Shown here in pieces: positions 19,349-29,836 of a stretch of DNA of 64,000 bases. Location: assembly GCA_963733295.1 (NCBI GenBank), contig CAVTCS010000003.1, forward strand, positions 2,016,001 through 2,080,000. Direction: 5' to 3'. The notes below the pieces were generated by a model. That model was not told the origin of the DNA. It ran no database searches and saw only the letters and a list, made by a program, of their open reading frames with translations. Position numbers and translations under genes: made by a program. Each line of letters begins with the position of its first letter. The first letter of the stretch is position 1. Source of the stretch: Vulcanimicrobiota bacterium (lineage in GTDB: Bacteria; Vulcanimicrobiota; Vulcanimicrobiia; Vulcanimicrobiales; Vulcanimicrobiaceae).

Positions 19349-20649
19349 AATGGGATGAGCAGGCCGGTCACCTAATACGGGATGCAGCGACGCTCCCAAG
19401 CAGACTGAACTGCAGAAAGGTAACCGGCCCATGGCGAATCGTATCACACAGTCAAGGCAGCGCAAAGATCCCACTATCTTCACGACCATGGGCCTCGACA
19501 TTGGCGATTGACGAAGCCACTATTGCCTAATTGATGATCATGGGGAAATTCTCCAGCAAGGCACCGCTGCGACAACTCACCGAGGCGTTGTCAGCATGCG
19601 GAGCGGTTAAAGCCGCATCGAGTGGCTCGAGAAAACGGTACGCATGCAGGCTGGATCAGCCGAACGCTGCATGAATGTTCTCGCGACGTGATTGTCGCCA
19701 ATACTTGGGAGCTTCGCAAGATCTCTAAAGTCAGCGTAAGAATGATCGCTCGGACGCTGAAGTCCTTGCCCGACTTGCGCGCGTTGATCCTACTCTTCTT
19801 TCGCCCATCACATTTCGCGCCGTCGAGCAACAAACCGACTTAGCGACGATAAAGGGACGCGACGTACTAGTCCGTGCTAGGACGAGCTGCGTGAATGCAA
19901 TTCGAGGCTTATTAAAGAGCTTTGGTACGAGGTTGCCGACGAAATCACCGAAGAGCGTGTCGGCGGAGATGCTTGTCAACGTCCCGGAAGCATTACGCGT
20001 CGCGATCTCACCTTTGCTTGAGAGCATTGAGTCGATAAACGAGCAGATCAAGAAATACGACCACGAGATCGCGCGGCTCGCCGAAGAGCGCTATGCATCG
20101 ACCGAACTGTTGCAGCAAGTCACGGGCGTCGGCCAATTGACCGCACTCACGTACATTCTTACTATTGGAAACCCAGGCCGATTCGCAAAGAGCCGCGATG
20201 TCGGTGCATACCTTGGCTTAACGCCGCGACAGCGCGATTCTGGCGAACTACACTCTCAGCTTCCGCATTTCGAAAGCCGGCAACGCGTACTTGCGCAAGC
20301 TATTGGTTGGCTGTGCTCACTACATTCTGGGTCTGTTTGGTCCCGATTGCGACTTGCGGCGGTTTGGGCAAAGTCTGTCCCATCGAGGTGGAAAAAACTC
20401 TAAAGAAACGAGCCATCGTCGCAGTCGCTCGAAAGGTTGCGATCCTGCTGCATCGACTCTGGATGACCGGTGAAGTATACCGGCCCCTAATCGAGACTGC
20501 TTCCGCTACCTCCTAGCCTTCAGTTATCCCTTAGGCAACATCTGTCGCTCTACGACGACTGCGGGAATCTCGTCGAGATCCACTTGGAAGCTCGGACTAC
20601 AACTTGCAGCGTCGACCTCTAAGGTCGTTTCAATCTGCGGGGAAACGCT
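19349..20649 (+). mobile_element. IS110-family element with degenerate transposase (about 19431-20516) and noncoding ends
   Basis: GLDIGD, VALENG, KNDRSDAEVLARL, VTGVGQLTA, VGAYLGLTPRQRDSG, KRAIVAVARK; several stops and frameshifts; boundaries approximate. Confidence 0.88.
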
Positions 20650-21935
20650 GGCGGTGCAACTCTTGTTGGCGCGATTATCTCACGCAGCTCGTTTCAGTGC
20701 AACCGGTTCAGCTGGAAAGTCCAGGAGATCGCGATAGCCGCGTAACCGTCTCCATGTTGGAGATAACTTGATGATCAACGCGTGCGTGACGGCGGTGGCG
20801 AACTCTGCGGTCCGTAAGCGCTTCATGGCATCGGTCCGGTGACGGATCGGAGCGAAGATTGATTCGATGGGATTGGTGGTTCGCAGATGGATCCACGTCG
20901 CGTGCGGAAAGCGATAATACGCGAAGAGGCGGTTGCGGTCATCGCGCAGGCATGCGGCAGCCTTGGGATACGATCGTTCGTAGGATTTCGCTAGAGATTC
21001 GAGCTTGCGTCGAGCTTCGGCTTCGGTCTCTGCGTGCATGATCGCCGCCATTGCCGCGTGGGCATCGCGTTGGCGTTTCTTCGGGAGCTTTTCCGCGACG
21101 TTACGAATCTTGTGCAACCAGCAGCGCTGCTGAGAGACCTTGGGCCACGCCTTATCGGCTGCCGAGAGCCGCACGCGCCGTCGGCAACCAGGAGCTGCGG
21201 CGCACGCAGCCCGCGACGTGCAAGATCCTCGAAGAGAGCGGTCCAAGCCGCCTCGCTTTGCTCTATCGCCTCGCGTAAAGCCAGCAGTTGCTCGGTCTGA
21301 TTGCGATCGGCTCCCAAGACAACAAGGAAAACGCGGCGTTCGTCGTCTGGACCGGCGCCTAGATACACGCCGTCGGCCCAGGTGAAGATTAGGTCGAGAT
21401 CATCGAGCCGGCGCGTATTCCAGGCCGCAAAGTCGGCTAGGAGCTGTTTGTTCGTTCGAGTGATCGTTGCGGCGGAAAGCGGAGCGTCCTCGCCTAGAAA
21501 CGCGCGCAGCGTGCCTTCAAAATCGCGCGTTGCCAATCCGTCAAGCCAAAGCGCGGTCAAGCTCGCATCGACATTCTGCAAGCGACGACGGTGCTTTGGG
21601 AGAATCGCCGAGCTGAACGAAGCTCTCGGACTCGTGGGCGCCGCACCGCTATCGAGCCGCGGTTGGAAGTGATCACGCGAGCACGATCGTGCCCGTCGCG
21701 ATAACCCAGCTTCGCGTCGGGAGTGCGCCGTCGGTAGCGAAGGCGTTCGAGGGCTTCGTCGACTTCGGCCTCGAGCACCGCTTGGAACAACTCGCTCAGT
21801 TTCGCTCGGCAAACTTCCTCGAGTTGGAGCGTCAGATCGGCCGAGTCGGGCTTGGCAACAGGCACCTGGGTGCGGTAAGATCGTTTCACGGTTGGTGTAC
21901 CTCCTAGATGTTAGCAATCCAAGAGTTACACCGCC
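20650..21935 (-). mobile_element. IS256-family insertion sequence with frameshifted transposase (20680-21889)
   Basis: GYRDGH, WADGVY, QRCWLHKIRNV, LRTTNPIES; 16-bp IRs GGCGGTGCAACTCTTG (20650-20665) and CAAGAGTTACACCGCC (21920-21935), one mismatch. Confidence 0.92.
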
Positions 21936-23075
21936 GTCTTTTCATTTCCCGGAACGGCTGTCCGGGAATTCCCCCTCAAATCGAAACGATCTCTCTACCT
22001 CTCTGGACTCCATCATGCACCGATCTCATCGCGGATCATCGAGAGTGCGAATAGAAACGTGGCAGAGGCGGCGACTCAGCCTAACGAACTACGATGGCTA
22101 CCTTGACAAAATCGGCCTGCTCATAGAAACGAGGTTCGGCCGCATTCATCGCTAAACTATCTCACGCCAAAAGAGTTCGTCGAAAACCTACCTCATCAAC
22201 CAATCCCACAATCGCCGGTGGATTAAGAAATGGGCTCAAACCCATTGGACCAACAACGTTGCCAGAAGATTTCCGGCAATGTTGTGTCGCGAGAATACGC
22301 TTCGTTTCCACTTGATGCAATGGGACTTAGGGCTCGCACGTTCAGAACGTGCTTTGCATCACAACGACCGTTAACAGGCGAGCAACACCGAATGGATTGC
22401 GCCTATTACAAATGTTAGTGGTTCCCTAACGTCGCTAAGATCCTTTCATTCACGCGCGCGGCCACAATACTCTGGTTGATTCCTATCGTCATCCAAGCGT
22501 TCCGCTGCACCCATATCTCCAGCACCGCGCAGAGAGACGCGCCGCTTATCAATCGCTCTGCAAGTCGGCACGTATTCGCCAGCGTCGTTGTAGTTCTAAA
22601 ATATCCCGCGGTGCTTTGTTCGAGAATATGTACTGCGATCTTATGCGAGACAAACGCTTAAGCTAGGGTTGGGTTTGTTCAGCCCCACCCGATTCGTATA
22701 CCAGGGCGATTGCTAGAAAATCGGCTTCTGAGTCTATCTTGATAGCTCAGGCAAAGTGATTTCGGTTGGCATCGAGACTGGCTATGTACTGCTATAAAGC
22801 CCTAGCGGCGCGTACGAGAGACGGCTCTCTTGACGTCCGTGTCGATCTTGACGGTGCTTTCGTATTTGTAGGTCTGAAGAACGATTTAGCGAGGTCCGCA
22901 AACTCAACGCCCCAGGTTGTCCGAGCGAGAAGGCAAAGTAACGGCGCTAAGATAGAGCATTCCGCATTGACTCGTTGGACGATTTTCTTCACGCGGCGAT
23001 TTAGGAATTTTGCCTCTTGGACACACCAGAGCGGGGAAACTAGCGTAGCTTACTCTTTCGGCGACCCGGGCGCAA

Positions 23076-24004
23076 CTATTTCATGTTCGGATCGAGAGCG
23101 TCGCGCAGGCCGTCGCCGAGGTAGTTGATCGCGAGCACCGTTACGAGGATGCAGAGGCCGGGGAAGATCGCAACCCACGGTGCGATCGCCATGTTCGACT
23201 CGGCGTTTGCGAGCATGTTGCCCCACGACGCGGTCGGGGGTTGGATTCCGAATCCGAGAAACGAGAGCGTCGACTCGAGGATGATGACGTTCGCTACCTC
23301 GAGCGTCCCTTGCACGATAATCGGCGCGATCGCGTTGGGCAGCAGGTGCCGGAAGATGATCCGGCCGTCGCGGTTGCCAAGCGCCCGCGCCGCTTCGGCG
23401 AATTCTTTTTCACGCAGAGAAAGGAACGACGCGCGCACCAGACGCGCGACCGGCGGCCACGAGAGGCCGCCGATGATGACAACGATAACGCCGAAGCCGA
23501 GCGAGGCTTTGTTCGATGAAGCGGCCACGATGGCCGTCAGCACGAGCAACAGCGGCAAGAGCGGAATCGAGAGGAAGACGTCGGTGACGCGCATGATCGT
23601 GTAATCCACGATCCCGCCGTAGTAGCCCGCGATCGCACCGAGGACCGTGCCGATCATGAGCTCCATCAAGACGGCGAAGAAGGCGACGGTCAGCGAGATC
23701 TGCGCGCCGTACATCAGACGCGAAAGCAAGTCGCGGCCGTTCTCGTCGGTGCCGAGCAGATGTGCCCGGCGACGCCCGGCGCGAGCGGGTAGCCCGACCA
23801 GTGCGCTTGATCGATGTAGTTCGGATCGGCGGGCGCGAGCCAATGCGCGAGGACCGCGACGAGCGTGATGCACCCGATTACGACCGCGCCGAGGAGCGCG
23901 AGACGGTGGCGCCGGAAGCGCTTCCAGACGCCATGGCGCTCGAGCTGGATTTCGTCTTCGATGATCGGTGCGGGAAGCGCACCGGGAGCAAGCGTCGTTG
24001 CCAT
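23076..24004 (-). CDS. dppC: Oligopeptide/dipeptide ABC permease DppC/OppC (frameshift near 23760, probable sequence error)
   Basis: WKRFRRHRLALLG, HLLGTDENGRD, EFAEAARALG, RHLLPN, LSFLGFGIQPPTASWG. Confidence 0.9.
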
Positions 24005-24019
24005 TCTTACTCCCCTCGC

Positions 24020-24991
24020 CTAATCGTACTTCACGCGCGGGTCGAGCCACGCGTACGCGACGTCGGCCAGCAGGTTGAAGAGCACGACGAGCACCGAGAC
24101 CATCATCAGGTAACCCATCAGCAGCGAGAAGTCGAACTGTCCCAGCGCGTTGATGAAGAGCCGCCCCATTCCGGGCCATGCGAAGATCGATTCGGTAACG
24201 ATCGCGCCGGCCACGAGACTCGGCAGCGAGAGCGCGATGATCGTCACCAGCGGAATCAACGCGTTCTTCAGGCCGTGACGGAACACGACCTCGGCGGGGT
24301 TCAAGCCCTTTGCCGCCGCGGTGCGCATATAGTCGGTGCGGATGACCTCGAGCATCGAACTGCGCATGAAGCGGCTCCAGGTGGCGATTCCGAGCAGGCT
24401 CAAGACCGCTGCCGGCAAGATGAGATGCTCGATGCGGTCGCCGATGTTGAACTCGTCCAGCGAGGAGATTCCGGCCGAGGGCAGCGCGATGTGGTAGCCG
24501 AACGCGGTGATGCCCGTGACTGCAAACGCCAGCTGCATCATCAGCGCGAACCAGAACACCGGCATCGATTGCCCGAAGAAAGCAAACGTCGTAACGATGT
24601 AGTCGACCGCCGAGTACGGCTTGAGCGCGGCGATGATTCCGAAACCTACACCGATCGCGAGCGAGATCGCGAACGCGGTTCCGATCAGGAGCAGCGTCGC
24701 CGGCAAGCGCTCGAGGATCGCCGTGAGCACCGGCTCGGAATTCGAGGTGGAGTATCCCAGGTCGCCGGTGAGGACCTTACCGAGCCACGCGAAGTACTGC
24801 ACGTAGACCGGCCGGTCTAAACCGAAGTTGTGCTTGAGCCGGATGATGTCGGCCTGCGTGATGTGAGGATTCTGCAAATACGGCGCGAGTGGACCGCCCG
24901 GCGCATTATGCAAAATGTAGAAAAGGATCACCGAGATAAGCAGGAGCAGCGGAATCGCTTGAATGCTCCGGCGAACGACGTAATTAAACAG
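24020..24991 (-). CDS. dppB: Oligopeptide/dipeptide ABC permease DppB/OppB
   Basis: FNYVVRRSIQAIPLL, GLDRPVYVQY, DYMRTAAAKGL, ESIFAWPGMG, LDPRV; apparent CTG start behind GGAGG. Confidence 0.92.
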   Translation of the reverse strand: MFNYVVRRSIQAIPLLLLISVILFYILHNAPGGPLAPYLQNPHITQADIIRLKHNFGLDRPVYVQYFAWLGKVLTGDLGYSTSNSEPVLTAILERLPATLLLIGTAFAISLAIGVGFGIIAALKPYSAVDYIVTTFAFFGQSMPVFWFALMMQLAFAVTGITAFGYHIALPSAGISSLDEFNIGDRIEHLILPAAVLSLLGIATWSRFMRSSMLEVIRTDYMRTAAAKGLNPAEVVFRHGLKNALIPLVTIIALSLPSLVAGAIVTESIFAWPGMGRLFINALGQFDFSLLMGYLMMVSVLVVLFNLLADVAYAWLDPRVKYD

Positions 24992-25026
24992 TTGGCACGC
25001 CCTCCGGCGCCTATGAGTCCGCGACC

Positions 25027-25858
25027 TTAGGGTGCCGCGGCGGGTATTCCTGTGAGACCGAGCAAGGCGCGCGCTTCATCCGGCGTCGCGACCGGCCGCC
25101 CTAGCTCGCCGGCAATGCGCGCGACGCGCGCCACCAGTTCTTCGTTCGAAGCGAGCCGCCCCTTCGTATAATAGATGTTGTCCTCGAGTCCGACCCTGAC
25201 GTGACCGCCCATCGCAACGGCGACGGCGGCGAGGGGAAGCTGGTCGCGGCCGATACCGGCGACCGACCAGGTGCACCCGGGCGGCAGATCCCGGATGAGG
25301 TCGACGAGGTGCGGAACGCTCGCGTCGAGCCCGCCCGGGACGCCCATCACAAAATCAAAGTGTTGAGGAAACGCCAGGAGGCCCTCGGCCGCGAGACGCT
25401 TCGCGTTCGAGATGTGTCCGGCGTCGAAGATTTCGAGTTCCGGCCGCACACCGTACCGCTGCATCTCCTTGAGGATGTCGCGCATCAAAGGGAAGCCGTT
25501 CTCGAAGATTTCGTCGCCGAAATTCACGGTGCCGCACGTTAGCGTGGCCATTTCTGGTCCCAGCGCGAGCGGCGCGGTGCGCTCCCTCGCCGACATCCCG
25601 ATCGCCCCGCCTGTGGTGAATTGCACGATGAGATCGCCGGCCGCCCGGATCGCGGCCAGGGCCTGGCGTGAAGCGCGCCGGATCGCTGGTGTTGCTGCCG
25701 TCGTCATTCCGGCAGTGGAGGTGGATGATTGACGCGCCCGCCTCGCGGCAGCGCGCCGCGGTCGCACCGAGCTGCTCCGGGGTGACCGGCAAATGAGGCG
25801 TCTGGGACGGCATCAGCTCGGCGCCCACGGCGGCGACGGTGACGATCAACGGATTCAT
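25027..25858 (-). CDS. kce: 3-keto-5-aminohexanoate cleavage enzyme (BKACE/DUF849), frameshift near 25670
   Basis: LIVTVAAVGAE, PHLPVTPEQ, IHLHCR, QFTTGG, PELEIFDAG, GHVRVGLEDN. Confidence 0.88.
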
Positions 25859-26075
25859 GAATCACGCTTGGCAACCGTTCGGGTCGTTCCCCCTCCTAAC
25901 GCCAAGCTCGCTCGTTGAGGTGTGCCGCGCGACAGCGAGGAGCCCCCGGTCGGAAGGCAAAACGACCCTAGCCGGAGGCCGCGCCCATTCGCGGTACTCC
26001 GCTTGCCGTATTCCCTTTGGTTTCACACTTCTGCTGTTCGTTCGGACCCGCCCGGGCCGGATCGTGAGGTAAGTC

Positions 26076-27927
26076 TTGAAAGCTAGCCAGATCGTAGCTG
26101 GAATCGCAGCCGCCGCGTTACTCGGCACCGCGCTTCCGCGGGTCGCATCCGCAGAGATGTCCGGGCCCGCCGTCGCGAGCTCGTTACAGTCAAGTTTCGC
26201 TGCGCAGCGCGCGCGGCTGATGCCCTTCGCCGGCTGGGCCAGTCCCGCACGGCAAGTGAACATCATGGTGCACCTGCCGCTACGCAACGAAGCCGAAGCG
26301 GAAAACCTCGCCGCGCAAATGGCCACGCCAGGCTCGCAGGCCTACCATCACTGGTTATCGCGCGACCAGTTCGTCGTCGCGCTACGCCCCGCTTGCATCG
26401 GACATGCGCAACGCGGCGGCAAGTCTCCGCGCGGGTGGATTTAAGATCACGAAGGTCGACTCTCAGTTCGTTTACGCCAGCGCTCCCTCCGCGAGCGTCG
26501 AGCGCTTCTTCAACACACACATCGGCCTCGTGCGTGACGCGAATGTGCTTCGAGTCGATGCGCGCACGCCGATCTCCCTTCCCACGTCGCTGGCAAAGAT
26601 CGGCGCGACGATTATCGGACTCCACGCTTTGCCGCACCCCGTGCCCGCCCATGTCTCTCGCCGCAACGTCTTGGTGAGGCCGGTCTCGAAAACGAATCCT
26701 CTGCAAATCAATCCGGGCGGTTTCTTTCCGGGCGAACTGATGCAGGCGTACGGCAACCCGTCGTACTCGGTCGGGAACGGCGCGGGCATGAGTATCGCAA
26801 TCGTCGGCCTATCCGACTCGACCGATTCCGACAACCAGATGCTGTGGTGCAGTGAAGGGCTCGGACCGGCTTGCGCGACGGGGGGCACGACGCTCGCTCC
26901 GTATCCGACGGTCAACCACTTCGAAGCCGAGGGGTCGATCCCGCCGGACACCGACGGCAACTCTCTTGAAGCGTCGCTCGATGCGCAGATGGCCGGCGGC
27001 ACCGCCGCGGGCGCGATCATCGATCAGTACGCCGATAGCGAGGATGACGCCGGCAACGTGTTCATCGGGGCTTACATGCACATCGTCGATTCGAGCCACG
27101 AAGACATCATCACCACCTCGTACATTTTCCCCGAATGCGAGTTCCTCGGCCCGGGCGCGGCCGATCCGTTATTGGCTAACCACGATGTGTTTCTCCAAGG
27201 GAACCTTCAAGGGCAAACGTTCCTGGTCGCATCGGGTGACAATGGCGCGTACGGATGCGCGTTTCTCGGCGATACGACGAATCCGTCCGTCAACGCGTTG
27301 ACCTCGGATCCCGACTCAACCGGGGTCGGTGGTTCGACCGAATTTGACGTAACCAGCCCCGGTGGGCCACTCAGCACGCAATACGAGGACGAAAGCTCGC
27401 ACTCGGATCCGCCCAATGAGTGGGGCTCAGGCGGCGGGGTCAGCCTAATCTGGCGGGCGCCGCGCTTCCAAAACCTGATCGGCATCAGTCCCGCCGGCGG
27501 GCGGCAACTTCCCGACGTCTCGATGCACATGGGCGGTATCGAATCTCCGTTCACCTTCGACATCATCGCGTTCGAAGGTTCGCTCGGAGGCGTGGTGGGA
27601 ACGAGCTGTTCGTCTCCGGAGTTTGCCGGCACGCTGGCCTCTTCGGCAACCGCGGTGAACGCGAGCCGCGGGGTAAGCGGCGGCTTCAGGTTCGGGAACG
27701 TCAACAACTTCCTGTATTACGAACAGGCTGCCGGAAACGCCGCTAACGTCTATCATCAAAACATTCCCGGCGACAATCTCTTGACCGTGTACAATCCTTC
27801 GAATGGGCTCGGCTATAACCAAGTGATCGGACTCGGGACGATCAACATTCCCGGATTCGATGCGGCACTTGGCTACGCCGGAACGTATCAGGCCGCCGGC
27901 AACCTCGTCACGGCAAGCAATCCCTAG
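26076..27927 (+). CDS. Sedolisin/kumamolisin S53 peptidase with prodomain, copy 1 (frameshift near 26390)
   Basis: Signal peptide, LPLRN prodomain, EASLD, ASGDNG, GSGGGVS, GGRQLPDVS, GTSCSSP. Confidence 0.9.
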
Positions 27928-27967
27928 TCGCACCGAATCGCAACTACCGCCGAATCGAGAGGTTGAC

Positions 27968-29820
27968 GTGAGATCGATCCACCTCGTTTCGGCGGTAGCC
28001 GTGGTGCTCGTCGGCGCGTCGTCGGTGGGCGTGGCATGCGCCCAACGGCGGCGGCCGTATCGGCCTCGATCCCGGCACGCTTCGCCGCGCTACGCGCGAA
28101 AGTGCTGCCTTTTGCCGGCTACGCACGCCCGGCGCAAGCCGTCAATGTCGTGATCCACTTGCCTCTGCGCAATGAAGCGGAAGCCGAGGCACTCGCAGCG
28201 GCGGAGTCGACGCCGAAATCGGCTTCGTATCGCAGGTGGCTGAGCCACGCCCAATTCATGGCGCGGTACGCACCGCTCGATGCCGACATGCGCAGCGCGA
28301 CGGCCGCGCTCCGCAGCGGCGGCTTTACGATCCGCAAAACCGACGCGCAGTTCATCTACGCGACCGCACCGGCCGCCTCGGTCGAGCGTTTCTTCAACAC
28401 GCGGCTCGGGCTCGTGCACGATGGAACCGCGCTTCGCGTCGACGCCAGAACGCCGCTATCGATGCCGCTCCCGCTGATCAAGATCGGCGCGACCGTGATC
28501 GGGCTGCACGCGATTCCGCGTCCCGTTCCCGAGCATGAGGTCATCGGACGCCGGGCTCGAGCGAGCGCAACGCTGCGCGGTTCGCGCCCGAACGCGTTCT
28601 ACGGGCCGCTCGGTCCCTATTATCCCGGCGAATTGTTGCAAGCGTACGGCGAGCCGTCGTACACGGCTTCGAACGGCGCCGGCATGACGATCGCAATCGT
28701 CGGCGCGTCGGACTCGAGCGATGCGGACAACCAGGCCCTCTGGTGCACGTACGGCCTCGGTCCGAACTGCGCGTTGGGCGGCACGACGCTCGCGCCTTTT
28801 CCGACCGTCAATCACTTCGAAGCCCCCGGATCCGACCCGCCCGATAACAACGACGGCCCTTCCCTCGAAGCGGCTCTCGACGCACAGATGGCCGGCGGGA
28901 CGGCCCCCGGAGCGATCATCGACCAGTACGCCGCCGCTCCCGACGACGAACTTTTCCTCGAGACTTTTTCACACATCGTGAATACGAGCCGCGAAGACAT
29001 CGTGACGACTTCGTACGGCATATGCGAGCTCAGCTTCATCGGCGACGTCGCTCCCTTGATCGCGCTCCACGAAGTGTTGCTCCAAGGGAATCTGCAGGGA
29101 CAAACGTTCATCTTCTCATCGGGTGACAACGGCGCGTTCGGGTGCGACTACCTCGGCGACTCCACCGATCCGGCCGTCTCGGCCTACGCGGCCGACCCCG
29201 ACGCTACCGGAGTCGGCGGGACCACCGAGTTCGCGACGACGTACTTCGACAACGGCTACGGTACCGGGTACGCGTCGGAATCGGCGTATTCGTACCCGCC
29301 GCAGCTGTGGGGTTCGGGCGGCGGCGTCAGCGCCATCACGCGCGCGCCGCGCTTCCAAAGCTGGATCGGCATCAGCCCGACCGGCGGCCGCCAAGTCCCC
29401 GACGTCGCGATGCACATGGGCGGTCCGGTCTTTCCGTTTACTGCGGACTTCATCGTGTATGAAGACTTCGTCTACGCCGTCATCGGGACGAGCTGCGCAG
29501 CACCGGAGTTTGCCGGGACGCTCGCTCAAAGCGTGACCGCGGTAAACGCCGGCCGCGGGCTCAGCGGCGGCTTCCTGCTCGGCAACGTGAACAACTTTCT
29601 CTACTACGAGCAAGCCGCGGGCAATGGTTCGACGGTTTTCCACCAGATCGTGCCGGGCGACAACCTCATAACGATCTATCAGCCGCCCGTCTTCAACTTG
29701 CCCGGATACAACCAAGTCATTGGTCTGGGAACGCCGAGTTTACCGGCGTTCGTTGCAGCGCTCGGCTTCGGCGGAACGTACCAGCCCGCAGGCGACACCT
29801 TTACGCCGAGCAATCCCTGA
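27968..29820 (+). CDS. Sedolisin/kumamolisin S53 peptidase, copy 2 (frameshift near 28040 after signal peptide)
   Basis: GAGG RBS and GTG 27968; EAALD, SSGDNG, GGRQVPDVA, GTSCAAP; colinear with copy 1. Confidence 0.9.
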
Positions 29821-29836
29821 CGGCCGGCGCAGCGAT

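Noticed and set aside
12060..23075. Integron cassette array or prophage
   Set aside because: No intI, no repeated attC-like sites and no phage structural genes
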